In this document: positions 11,630 to 25,100 of the stretch, piece after piece
How the letters are laid out: each line of letters starts with the position of its first letter
How positions within the stretch are numbered: position 1 is the stretch's first letter
Assembly: GCA_002633005.1 (NCBI GenBank)
Contig: NMRA01000603.1
Location: forward strand, 128,017 to 192,016
Length of the DNA stretch: 64,000 nucleotides
Reading direction: 5' to 3'
DNA from: Phoronis australis
Taxonomy: Eukaryota > Animalia > Phoronida
Notes under the pieces: generated by a model
Told to the model about the DNA's origin: nothing
Seen by the model: the letters and a program-made list of their open reading frames with translations, nothing else
The model's database searches: none
Program-made: the position numbers and the translations under genes

Positions 11630-13716
11630 TGATATTTTGCAAAGGTCGACCCGCCAAACTTTCAAATCAGGCATGCTTAAATACATAATCAGACGGAATT
11701 TGTCAGTCTGAGAATGACTTGAAGAAATTTCTATCTGGTTGTATTTTTGCGTGTTACGTACTTACATCGCTTGAAATGGGCACAACACACTATTCTGAAC
11801 GTTCACTATTTCGAAGGCTCACTACTCCGAAAACATCTAAATTTTCGAGCCGAGGTTTAATTTTTACACATTTGACGGCAAAAGTAAACGATACCTCGGT
11901 TATTAGATGCGCTGAGTGGTATACTACATGTATCAGTACCGAAAACAAAGTCAGGATACTATTGATTTCATGTGCATTCGAAATTGCCTGCATGTATTAC
12001 GAATGCGGAAAACTAAGTACATTCTTGCATTTTTAGAAGGATACCAATTCCGGGTTTGGCCTATTGACCGATAATAAAAATGATTTTCCGACTCACTTCT
12101 CTGAAACCAAATAAGACTCTGTAACCATCGATAACCCTCAAAGTTTGCTGATAAATTTGAACACTCCTTTCAAAGTTTGCTAAACGAGCAAGCGTAACCT
12201 CCGCTTTTTGCAAATTACACGGCGTGGGAAAGGTCCACCCAGCAAGTACCACATCGCCCAAAGTTTGACATGGGGTGTATGAATTTCACGTGATTCCTTC
12301 CTTAAAAAAGATTCTAAACCCTATTCTGACGATTTCAACCAATCCTCGTTCTCTCACTTGCTGTTGCATCTCTGGCGTCAATCTTAAAAGATGAAGCAGG
12401 GCTCAAATAAGAATTCATACCTACTATCTCACGAATTGGACAATATGGTCCTTGTCGGGTGGTCTTTTCCCACAGATGCCGTGTAACTCGTTAAAGTCGT
12501 GGGTCCCTCTTGCCCCTTTATCAGAATTTGTGAGTGGTTTTCTGATTTTCCTCAAAACTTAAGAGGGTTGATGAGACGAGCATTATTTAATTTCAGAGAA
12601 CTGGATAAGAAAGTCATTTTTAATATCTGTTAATACCATAAAACCGGGTTTGGTATATTTTTAACTAGGAAGATTGATGCCAGTGATGCATTAGCAGGTG
12701 ACAGAACGAGGATTGGTGGAAATCATCACAGGGTTTACTATCCTTTTAGATGATACGAAGTAGGGATATTAGTGAATAATTACCGCATTCTACGGAAGTG
12801 GTCGAAACTAAATGTACTTAAAAGGCTACCCTGTCCCTGCCAGTCTTCACAGTCAGGGAGTCTCTTTCAGTCTTCAGGTCGCCGCAGACCTGACCCGTGC
12901 CCAGATGTTGTCCCTGCTTGAGAATGAGTCGTTAGTTGGATTCAAGAAGTCACGAATGGCAGTGATTGAAACGAAACTCATTTGTAAACAATGTAATCAA
13001 TGTTTTAAGAACTATTCAACTTTTGCATACCTTTTAAATGGTTACTACATGAATAAAAAAAAAACAATGTTTCATTCATGTCAGTTCCTACTCGTTAGCA
13101 GATAATCACAGTAATGAATTGTTGAGGTAGTGAAACTTCAGAGTAGTGGACTTTCCAAGAAGTGAACCTTGGAAATCCTTTGCATCAAATTTGTTGCTCG
13201 TATGAAGTCTGCGAGGCTGCGCACCATTGTCACTGATGGACAAGGGAACGCTTTCTTCATTGGCCAAAGTTTCGTCAGGTCTAGACATGCTTTTCCCTAG
13301 TACTGTGAACATGTTCGGTTCCTCAGTGCAAGAATACACGGTAGTTAAAGTCTGGTTTGAACAACGACACAAGATTAGCTTACAGTCGGCGTGTACTGGA
13401 TTTAAAAGAATGAAAACGCACACATGCGTACACCCGCATGCTTGTCAGTCCACCAATCCACAATGAAATTGGACACTGGATGAACAACAATCATTTGACG
13501 TTCACCTTCAAATCTAAAGTTGAAATGAATGCACCTTACCCTACCATGCTAGCAAGTACACCAAAATAGCAGTTAACAATCATATTTTCAGCTGTTTTGT
13601 TTCTTGGTCGATTTTAAGAAACTCACGCCACACTACTTTTTGAGAGCTATTTCGCTGTTTTAAAGCTTAGCAAGTTCTACACACTTACTTCTAGAATCCC
13701 TTGTTACCCTATGATG

Positions 13717-13988
13717 TATCGTTGGCCAAATGGGTGAACGTTACGCCCTTTAATTACTTGCGTAACATAATTCTTGTTACAGGCGTAATTAACTGCGGCA
13801 TAAATAAATTGTTGGTGGCATAAAGTAATTATTTGCGGCGTAGAGTAAGTGTTAGCGTGGCAAATACTTACTTTACGTCGTTATGTAATAAATACTTTAC
13901 GGCGTAAATAATTACTTTACGCCTCTAACAAGAATCAACTTACGCCCGCAATTTAACGGCGTAACGTTCACTCATTTGGCCAACGATA
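13717..13988. mobile_element. Nested MITE with ~31-bp TIRs
   Basis: TATCGTTGGCCAAATGGGTGAACGTTACGCC...GGCGTAACGTTCACTCATTTGGCCAACGATA; internal TTACGCC-like repeats; missing from the second host copy. Confidence 0.85.
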
Positions 13989-14218
13989 ATATCGACGTTA
14001 ATGGTGAAGCAACCACGCAGGTTTGACGACAATGATTAACATAAAGCCTCCTCTAATCTTCTGCACGATCCTGTCATCTAAGCATACACCACTCGGGCGC
14101 GAAGTTGGGCCCTGGGGCCGGGTAGGGCCCGATGATTAAGCGAAGCGCTTTGAATTACAAGCAAATTCGTGTAGCTTAGTGATAATTATAGTTAGTACTA
14201 CCAATAGCTGCAAGAATT

Positions 14219-14219
<1 letters not shown>

Positions 14220-14264
<45 letters not shown>

Positions 14265-14276
14265 AGTTGTTGTTGT
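14220..14276. repeat. (GTT)n microsatellite
   Basis: Direct reading; unexpanded in the homologous copy near 42962. Confidence 0.95.
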
Positions 14277-16384
14277 CCATCTATACCCTAACGGTGAGGC
14301 TGCGGCTGGACCTTTCCATCGAACCTCCCCCCCGCTACGGGCCTGGTAAGTGTTGAAGGAAAGTCTTGCCGCCACATAATAAGATTATGAAATGTGTAAA
14401 AAGGCCAAAAAACCTCTTTTGCCACGGGTCGTGGGTCGACTGTGTCGTGGGTCGAGGCGGTCGATGGGTGTGGGTGTCGAAGGGGTTTTAGAACTTTCCG
14501 TCCATTATCTAATCGCTCAGACACGTATAATATCGCAACCAATACCGCAGACACATGAGGCTTATCGCATGCAAATGTAGAATATGTTTCACTTTAATTC
14601 TATTCTGAAGACGAACGGATATGATCTCTCTAGAAATGCAGAGGTTTTTTATTAAAATTATGTTCACATACAGGTGATGATCCACTCCTTCTTGTAGTAA
14701 AAATTAAGTCGCAACTCTTCAGTCACTGTAACATTACCTGTTCGTACCTCCAAGTGTATTTAAAGGGGGCCAGGGGGCAAGCCCAAATTCGCGCGAAACG
14801 AAAATCCATCGAGGCATGACATCATCCAAATGAAAATCACTGCGGTTAACTCAAAGCGAAACTTTTATCGTTGTAAAACGCTCGGTCCAAAAGTAGCTCT
14901 AGGCGTACATGCATGTGACTGATACGTATCATGTGCCGTGTTACAGATGAGTCACATACATTACGGGCGAGTCTCGGGTTATTAACGAGTCTCGTGCTGC
15001 AGCCAACTAAAAGAATTATCATTTACTTGCACCACTCTCCTTTATCTTCCCAACAATGAAAAATCTGTTGTTGATTTGGTAGCGCAATGTACGTGATACG
15101 CGGTTACCAGGGATTCTCGACAAGACGCCTATCACAACAAAGTGCCCATGGCCACTTTTCGGAAAATGGAAAATTTGACGTTCAAGGACGCATTCAAGAG
15201 AGCAGAAAGTAATTTAACTTTCCAAAACAGTGCCCAGGCAGTTCTGTAGGGAACCAAAGGTGACTTGAAGAAATCGTCGCTCACTGAGGCGAAACTGCCG
15301 GAATAAACAAAGCCACGTCACCCGGATTTAGAGGAAACTTAATTAATGCCGAACCAAAATTATCACAAATTCAGTTTCCCAATTTTTGTTTGCCTGCCTA
15401 AAATTAAACTAAAGCGAAATCAATCAGGATAACCCCTTGTGTAATTACATAACGTTTTAAAGAATCAAGCAACTGAAAGCTTGAGCCTACCACCGGTCCA
15501 CAAACTCAGCTGCAGCACGACGGAAAGCAGCGTCATTGTTTTCGCATAAGTAATGATTTTAATGAGATATCCATAAGTCGCTACATATTAGCTGATTATT
15601 TCAATGTAAAGACTTATCTGAAGTGATTCCTGGAAGCTGGTTATAGTCTGCCAAACACCGCGGAAACTCAGTGATCTCGCAGGTATCGCACAGCTGCCAA
15701 CTGACCAATGGTATGAATTAGTCGCAGTCTTTATATCTCATACCTTGTTGGGGAATATAGATACATAAACTGTTGCCAGTCAGGTACACACGAACTTTAC
15801 TCAAACGTTTGGTCTAGCCCAAGGAAATGCATGTGATGCTGTTCAAGCCTCGTATTGGCATTGGAATGTCAATGATGCATAAATGGGGCTATTGGACAAT
15901 CTTTACATTACTAGAGGGCGCGCGTGTACTAGTGGTGATAGATTAAGCAGCCTCGATTTCGCGAGCAATAGCTTGTAGCCGGGCCATCTGAATCTGAGAT
16001 TGCGTGAAAAGGGTGCTTCTGCGAAGGGAAGTAAGCATGACTTTATACAAAGGTAAGGTTTGTGATTATTTTAACGATTATTCCACTGATATCTGTTAAT
16101 TGAGGTATTGACCGATGTCGACTTCGCATCAGTCGCCAGTCGGTTAATCATTGTTTGTTGTTATGACTGATGTGTGTTACGATACTTGACATGGCGATTG
16201 GGATCTTGGCGTATATTAAACCAGTATTATTAATGTTTGGAATGATTTCTAACGGGTTTATTAGTGACAGTTACATCAATCAATGATGAATGTTTTGCTG
16301 GCAACTCGATATTTTTAGTGGGGTAAGATTACAATCCAAGCCCAAAAGGTACGTGACAAATATCCATTAGACTATTTGTTTATT

Positions 16385-18050
16385 CCCTATCCTATGTCCT
16401 CCGGAAATATATAACACGTTGACATGGAAACATATCAAGACTGTTTTCACCTGACTTTTGGTATATAAGTTTGAGGCCTAGTAGCGTGCAGAGGAGATAT
16501 GCATCGCTTCTGCAACCGTCCCTAAATGGACGAAAATTGGTTTTAAGCAGTTGACTGCAGGCAGCTAACCAGCATGATCTTTCTATGCAGTGCAGATCTG
16601 TTGTCAAAGCCTAATTTCTATATCGGAGACATAGAACAAAGCCTTTGAAAAGGGACAGGTATTTTTAAAGAGAGGTATATATGTTGTTTTGTTAATTTAC
16701 TTATTCAGGTCCTTAGCTGGAGGTTGGCATAGGGGGTTGGGGCTGTAACATTTGGTGCAACTATACGTGTGGAAATAAGAGGTAATAGTGTTCGGAGGAA
16801 AGAGCATAGTGAGGTAATTCTTAACCTTCATGAAGTTCTTACGCGTTTCATGGAACTGTTTTGCTATCCATTGTAAACACCTAAAATATATCATTCTCTG
16901 AATTCTCAACAACTGAACAGTCTTAACTTATGCCTTGAAATGTTGGAAGTCGTGTATAAATTCATATGGCTGTCATTTTTGTGAAAATTGCATTTTTGTT
17001 GTGAACATGCGAGTGAGGTCGTATTTGAACTTATTATTCTTACTGCCAATATTCAAACAATGGTGCCTTAGGATTTTTAATTACTCTAAAACAACAGAAA
17101 GATTATCCGTCATTTTTTAAAGAGACCGAAGTTTTCATATCCTCTGTTAGAAGAAAAATAAAAAATTTGAGAAACGGTTCCCTCAGCCTTAGACCAGAAG
17201 TGTTATTGACAGACTCATAGATTTGTAATCGGTGTTTGTAATTGCTGAAAGTATCAACAATTAAAAGTGAGAAAATGAGTAACAAAGGTTTGAAGTTGTC
17301 TCAAATAACTTGCATATTTTGCAGACAAGTGATGCGTTTAAAGCATTGTTATGGCTGGTAATGAAAACGCACTCCTACACAAATCAGTACTTATATTATA
17401 TGCACCCTTGCTTTCTGGAAATAGTAATTATTTAATTTTGTGTGAAATTGTAAAGCAGTTACCATGTCATATTTTTGAAAAACAAGGGCAAAAATTTTGA
17501 CCCAATCTGACGTATTTAATTATTAATGTTTCAATATTTGTTACAGGTTTAGTGACATTTTAAGGCCACTTCAAGCCGCAGAATAGACAAGCTTTGTTAC
17601 TCCTTTCTCTTCCCACAGCATGTCGTCCACTCACCAGCAGTGCTGCATGGCACAATGTACAAGCCAGTGGCCATGGAGAAATGTGAATTGCAGTACTAAG
17701 TTACCGAATGAAAATGTGCCAGTGGATTGTTTGTGAGTGAACAGGAACTACTGCTTCACCAGCCAGCCTCCTTGGTGAGGATGCCCTTTCGTAGGCAATG
17801 AGTCATGTGTGGACAACAATGGCTTATTTCCTTTCCTGGAAAATACATGAGGGACTGAAGCTAAAGAAGATCTAGTAACACTCTGGTCTAGTTCAGGATC
17901 AGATTTTGGGCAAAAAACAAGTCAAGTGGTATGATGTTGTGTTTACCTTCAGTGATCTACTTGTGGACTTTATTGAGGCTGAATGAAAGCCACATGCCAA
18001 AGCTGGACCTTTTATACAAGCGTTTCTATAGGCCATTGAAAGTCGATCCC
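16385..18050 (+). pseudogene. Probable decayed SWIM + YqaJ-like nuclease ORF of a DNA transposon
   Basis: Hand-translated fragments in order: LLVYKFEA*, HC..MAG, SGLFVSE, GCPF, LKLKK, VQDQILGKKQVKWYDVVFTFSDLLVDFIE, MPKLDLLYKRFY; many stops and frameshifts. Confidence 0.4.
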
Positions 18051-21000
18051 AGTGAAATGAAAACCAAAAGCATCTGGTAGAAATACCTGTAATTTCTCAC
18101 TGGGTGCCATTAACTTTTCCTTTCAGAAGAAAGACTTTATCCTAACGGTAAAAACTTTTCAACTTGGTGCGCATTATACGGAAATGGCATTCAGGTACTG
18201 CATCGACGTCTTATGGTCAGCAAAAAGCCTGTTAATGTTACACTTTGATGATCGAATAAATTTTTGATCAACAGTTTGTCACTAATTATTCAATATTTAT
18301 TCAGTTTTAAAGCCCCATACAGTGCAGTTGTGCTGCTTCTTTATAAATTTGAAATGATTACCGATTACTCTTGCGAATTGTTATTTTCCTGTTGACCTAC
18401 ATGTACATGTACGTGTACTAGTACAGCAGCGACACCGCGTGGAATAATCCCATTGTCATTTTCCAGTTAACCTACAGAAGTGTCCGGCGATCAAAACGAA
18501 GTATTCCCTTTGTTTGCATTTGATTTTGTTTATGTGCGTAACTATTTTTAGAGCTTTCTTAAAAAGGTCTTTGAACAGTTTTAAGTTTTGTATTAACTTG
18601 TCTGCAACAAAAGTTCCACATGTTTTCAATCGTAGCTAGCTGGATAAGTATCTGTTATGCACCAGATTTGAGAATAAACAATAATCAGTGTAGTTAAAGG
18701 CAAAATGGCAAACGGAATAACCACATACATACATGTACAAAGGAACAACATTGTTAAAAACGGTTGTAATTTTCCCAATGCGACAGAGTCCATAATTAGG
18801 GATATCAAGGCGTGACTTTCTGAACTGAGAGGTTCAATTCTCTCAGCTCATTGCTGAAGGACTGGTTTTCACTTTGTCGAAAGGTAAAATAGACGGTAAG
18901 GCGACTGGTTTTAGTTGCTTTCTCTCACATGTAACAGAATAGTCAGAGAAACATTAACAAATTACAACAGAAAACAAGACAAAAGTACTTTTGTAAGGCA
19001 TAACTTACTTGACATTTCATCTTCATGTTTATATGCAGAAACTAATAATCTTTGTACCCAAGCCTTATTTAAGATCTGAATTAAAATATGTGAAACAGGG
19101 TAAAAATGTATTTTTTCATGACACCTAAAATGTGTTTCTGATCTCAACAAAAAAAAACATTCATTCGAGGTGTTAATATTTATTCCAATGCAATGTTACG
19201 AAGTTCATCTGGTAGTCCGGTTGATGGGGCCCGCTATTAAATAAAGAAAGTCACTCATCTGCAGAATTTTATTGGACATAGCATAGTTTTGAAGAGTAAA
19301 TGCTGTGAAAAAGACATCTTTGACTTCTGAGTGGCACTTCCCATACACCTATTGTATTGGCAGCACTACCACCAGGAGAATATGTGAATATGTGCTGCTG
19401 ACCTATTATCCGGTCCCCGGGTGAGTTTCTGAAAAGAAACACTTATTTCCACTGAATAAACTCATTATTAAGTGGGGTAACTGGTGGGAATAACATCACT
19501 GAATGATGTCGATAAAATCTAATTGCTAAAAACTTACCAAGTGACGTAATTACGTAGTCTCTCAATGGAAATGCATACAGCACACACGGGGCGTTAAGCT
19601 TCGGCATCCACATACTTTTTGTCACTTGTTTGACCCTTTTGACCGCAATTTTGCAAGCCTGTAGAAACCTTATGTCTTTTGACAATTTGTGACCACAATT
19701 TCATCTTTTTACCAGCAGTTTACATGCAGACAGCGACGCATGCGCAAATCAATCGCCACTAGTACAGCAGCGACACCGCGAAGAGAATTCGTCAAATAGC
19801 CCCAATATTCATTTGGGAAATCAGGTGAAATTTTTTGTCCAGTGTAAAGAATTTTTGTAACTATTGGCCTCATGATCACCCATTTTTTCCTTTATCGTAA
19901 CTTGTGCCAAATGATCGGAGGTTTATGTGAATGGTTAAATCAAGTATTTTTGGTGAATGGGATAGCCATTAGTTGAAAAAAGATTGGTTAAATTTACTTC
20001 ATACCATTACATGTAATTTGATTTAGTGCAGTGCAAATTTTTGTGCACGTGAACGTGATTATTTGAGTGAACCTGTCAAGTTTCCACGTGAATTCCAAGT
20101 TCACGCTTACGCGATCCTGAGATTCAACAAGATTCCAAGTTCCCGTACAGCATAGACACAACCTTTGGCGCCCAACGTTGGGTATTTCACGCACGCAATT
20201 TTGATTTTCGAAACATTTTTATGTGCAGCATCGCTCTAACCAGTTCAAAGCTATCAATATTTTTTTTCCATACGCATTATGTCACCCGGAGAATCCGAAC
20301 AAGGTTTATACCAATAAGTCACCAATACTTATCGTTTTCGATTTTCTACCGACGAAAATGACAAAATTTGCACCGATTTCTTCAAAAGGCGATCTACAAT
20401 TTAAAACGACGCAATGAGGAAAAAATCGGATTCAATACATATTCAAAATCACGACCACAGCGGCTGCAGTCGAACGTTTTACCACTGAACCTATAGGTAA
20501 ATCCAATTCGTTAAGAAGACAATAATTTTTAAGAGCATTTAGCTAATAAAGTCACAGGCCTCGATTTCACCGAATGACTGGCAGCCAACGGCGAAATTTG
20601 ACGATTATTAAAAAAATCGCAAAAACATTACGAATTTTGTCAATTTGTAGCTCTGATCAAAAATAGTAACCTCAAAAACCTATGCCATCCACCAATAACA
20701 CCAAAAGGAGTTTTCGGTGCCAAACCAAGGATGCAACAGATTTCAGAAATTATTAGTGTGAATAATTGTAAACGATTGAGAGAACTGAGGGACTAGGCAG
20801 AAATTTCAGAAATTTAGTTGTTACTTTTTTCCAGTGTTTATAGCCTTTTTTCAGTTGCAAATCTTATTTTTACACGCACGTTATTGTGTTATGCTGAAAA
20901 TATTAAAAATTGGAACATTACTAGTCAAAAACCACATCAACATCGGGACTGAGATAAATGTTAAATTGATTGGATGAATATCTTTAAAAATAACAAACAA

Positions 21001-22032
21001 AATAATTAAAACATCGTTTCACTTAAGGTTGAAAGTCACAGTGACCGTCGCGAAAAGTGAAATCAATAACCTTATATATGCACACAGTGACGCGACCTCC
21101 ATTTCCAATCGCCGCTCTCTTAATTAATGCGATGCTACCTGACCGTAAGTATTTTTAACACTAAAGAACAATTCGGTCTAAATAAACAATTTTTATTTTC
21201 CATTCTCGAAATTTTTTGTTGTGTGCCAAACTGATTAGCACAGAACTTTATTTTTTCTAATTTGATCGTGAAAACGCAAATACTGAAACTGTTTTCATTT
21301 AGGGATAATTTTGACTAGTGAAAGTCATCCATGGTTCTATTCAACGTATTTAAATTTGTAACGGACAACTCAAGTCTTGTCAGAAATTGCTCCTCACTTT
21401 CACTAACTTGTTTCACGTGTATGGGCACGCGCTCCGGATAGACTCATGTAGGAACATGGTTTAAATATGCGTGTATACTGTACATATACGTTGTTGAATA
21501 GTTCTGACGTTATTAAACGTACTATGAGGAACTCGAAAGAAAAGCTCGAGAGAGATGGTTTTTCTAAAAACCATCGAGTTTCTTATAATACGTTTAATAA
21601 CCCCAGAACCATTCAATAACCGGTTTATCCCTCACATATCTGTGATATAAATAACACTTGCGTCTGATAGAAACCTTTAGTCCTTCATGTTAATGCTTTT
21701 GGAACTACATGTACTTGGATGACGTCATAGGTCATCAGCTCAACACTAATGACAACAAATATTATAGGAATATTTGTCGTGTGTCAAAATGTCCAAGTAT
21801 TTTTTGCATAGTTACGTATTTGACAATGGCTTATTATTGATCGGAATTATTATTTATTCAGCTACAATGCATATTGTTTTTGAAGTGTGATTGTTTCGCG
21901 TAGAGCGATGAATAAATGTTTGAAATTTCCCTTTTTATATCGAGTAATTTTACACTCATGTAATACGACTCAGACATTAGTATCCATGCGCACAACTTGT
22001 TTACGTACATTTTTTCACTTCTACTTGTAGTA

Positions 22033-22103
22033 GGCGTGTCGTGGCTTAGTGGTAACGTGCGCTTGCAAGCTCTGAGATCCAAGTTCAAATCCCTCGCAAG
22101 CCA
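22033..22103 (+). pseudogene. tRNA-like sequence (pseudo-tRNA or SINE head)
   Basis: GGCGTGTCGTGGCTTAGTGGTAA...AGTTCAAATCCCTCGCAAGCC; A and B boxes present, stems mismatched. Confidence 0.55.
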
Positions 22104-25100
22104 AGTGCCCATCCCCCCAAAAAAAATTGCAGGCGTCAGGGTTAAACCGTGGCAACCGACAAAGGCGTGAGGCCGCCGACATTCGAGAAAAGTAAGACCG
22201 CGAATACGGATAAGAGAGGAAATTCAAGCGAACATTTTGACAATTCAGTATCAGTGCATGGCTTACCCTCTGAGGGGCCTGACCACGACATTTTTGCAGC
22301 ATAGGTCGTCTAAACGCATTTGAAAACATAATAATTCATATGTGTATTTCGAAAAATCGACAGAATTTTAAACTCAATAAGATAATTTTGCGAATGCAAA
22401 ACTACATTTTTAGGAGAACGGAGACGGATGTTGCTCTATCTTTATTTTTTTTCTTGAAACTTTATATCACTTGAGAAAAATTGATGACCTGACAGATAAC
22501 ACATTTCCGGATCTTTAAAAACATATATATCTCTTTATCTTTAGGGACCCAACCCTTGAAGAGTGTTATTGATGACATTTAAGTGGCCACCCTTTTCTTA
22601 TCATCATTGACAAATTCTTAAGGGACTGCTGATGGAGAGGGCCCAATATTGGAATCAATTATCTCTACTTTCCTGTTTTTTAATTCGTGCAACCGGCTTT
22701 CATGTTAAGGGAGGTCTCCTCTTGCAGTGTAACACGACGATGGAATGAACTGTAACTCTTTCCAAGCTTAATGATATTTAGCCTTTAATACGGGACCATT
22801 TCTCGGTGGGACGGTTCGGGGGCATTGTCTCTTTGTCCCTCTATACATGTGAATCCGATACTACTAAATATTCACGAGGGTAAGCTGAGATTCCAAATTC
22901 ATCAAAAACACAATAAAATCGTGCCCAGCACAAGCAATATCAAGATATTCCACCCAAAAACTACAATATGATTGACCGCCATCGTAAAGGTGGAATTTTG
23001 AACAACGTGAATTACCCAAAATGACTATTTCCGAAGGTTATTTATAAAATAATGTTAATTTTTCCCATATAATCACAAGAATAGTATTTCCTTTGAAGAT
23101 CGTAACTAGGAGTGGTTTGTACGGAATTAACACATGTCGAAAAGATTGTCGGGGCTTTGATATGTGATGACCATACACATGTCGAACGGGGGATACTCAA
23201 AGTACTCGCAATCATCAACAAATATTTCAGCTTTTTGGAGTTCAAGTTTAACTCGTGAACCTTTATACATGTAGGTACCTCTGAAATGAGCAAAAGTACA
23301 GTTAATACGAATGCTTCATATCCCATGTTCCCCCGCGAGCATGCCTGAGGAAATAGCTTATACATGTAGCATTCCGTTTTGATAAACAAATTCGTTGGTT
23401 TCTGATTTACTTGTTTATGTATCTACGAAAATAGACAGGTTGGTTATTTTTGGCAATTAAAAGCTAAGCTTGTTCGAATTGATGATCTTTCAGTGAATTT
23501 AGTTGCAGCGTGAAGTTGGAAAAAGTCTATAATCCGATCTCGAAATAGTAATGTACACGTAGTCTATTTTTGTTTATCTAAAATATATCTCAAAGGCATT
23601 TGATGAAATTTGAACAGTTCCCAAAATATAATCATAACTCAAATGATAACAAATGCGTTGTTTTTTGAAGAAGTTCGTTTAAACTCACAAACAGGAGATC
23701 AAAAAGGAATTAAGTCATTAAATCAAGGTAAACGCATTGCTCGTGAAATCGATTGTTGGCTTCTGATTTACACGAAAATCGACTGATTAATAGACAATTA
23801 GAAGATAATCGTGTAAGAAATGGCGATGCTTCTCTGAACTTAGTTGCAAGCTGAAAATGGGAAGTTTCGATCTACATCAAAGTACAGGGAACGAATTTTG
23901 TCTATCTGAAATAAGTCTCAAGTGTAGGACAGCCCTGCAAAGTGTACCAAAATGTTCTCACAGTTCAAATGGCAATAAACCGTATATTAACTTAGGGACT
24001 AGTTACTCAAATTCACAAACCTTTTAAGGACTTAAACTTCTTTTTCGATCTACGGTTTGCTTTTTTATTTAAAAATAAAAAAGTAAACTCATTGGATATT
24101 ATTCGATATTGACTTGGAAAGGTCCCGTGTTGTTTTTAATGTCCAGTAGTATTGCGAAATGGAATTTTGTTCTCAAAAATTGATATCAATATGGCGCATT
24201 TGGCCTTCCCAGGATGTCCCCCAAACCTCGTTTATTTCCCTGAAGTATTTTGCTTATCACTCAATTCAAGTTCATTTCCCAATTTTATCCCACTCACTGG
24301 ATTTTATTTTCTAAACATTTTAATTAGTAAAGCTGACGGTGACGCATTCAGAATAATGGTTTAATGACGAAAATAACTTTGAGCAGTAACAGTAACAATA
24401 TGTTGTTAATGAATGACGTAGTTGTTGTTCATGTTGTTACTATCACTGCCAACAACACTTGCAGTGATATTAAAACTAGATTTACGCTGATGAATATTTG
24501 TTCAATTAAATAGACGTACGAGTGCATACGGAAAAACAAATAAGGAAAATCGTTCACACACGCGCCCATACATGTACGCACACGCTTGAACGCGAACACA
24601 CAAGTAAGATGTGAGAGTAGGCCTACCTTTTACAATACATTGGGTTTTATTCTCCTCTATATCTTTGTCAAAAGAAGACATTTGAGTTCTGACAGCTGAA
24701 TTCATGTTTCAAAATCCCCTTAATAAATATAATAATGGGCAATATATCTTTAATTTTGCTAGACATGCAAATTTTGCATGTTAACGAAAGTCAGTCAACA
24801 GATTTGAGCAGAAATTTTCTGTCAACTTTATAGTGAAGTCCCTTTCAACAGAAAATAGATACACAGGATAGACAGCCTTTGGGAGCATAATTAACGCAAA
24901 ATACGGCCTTCCCTCTTATTTTTGTTTCGTACGAAACTGGTAGTGAAAAACGTAAACAAATGAGCGGCTCGTTCCGTACATGGAGTTTATTAGTGTGCTC
25001 ACCGGTGGACGACTCATTTTGTCACAAGTTGTTAGTAGTTAACGGTACACTTCATAGCATCACTATGACATATTTCTTAAATTATCAATGTCAGATAACA

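Larger units (their letters stand above)
10556..14345. mobile_element. Non-autonomous TIR DNA transposon, 5-bp TSD (copy 1)
   Basis: GTAAG|CAGGCCCGTAGC...GCTACGGGCCTG|GTAAG; collinear with 39733-43053. Confidence 0.85.

Noticed and set aside
15908-15921. TTACTAGAGGGCGC, resembling a CTCF motif
   Set aside because: Partial match at a probable transposon end; no supporting evidence
20166-20178. TGGCGCCCAACGT, matching a tRNA-Lys primer-binding site
   Set aside because: No adjacent TG...CA LTR, second LTR or gag/pol remnant seen; an isolated 13-mer can be chance
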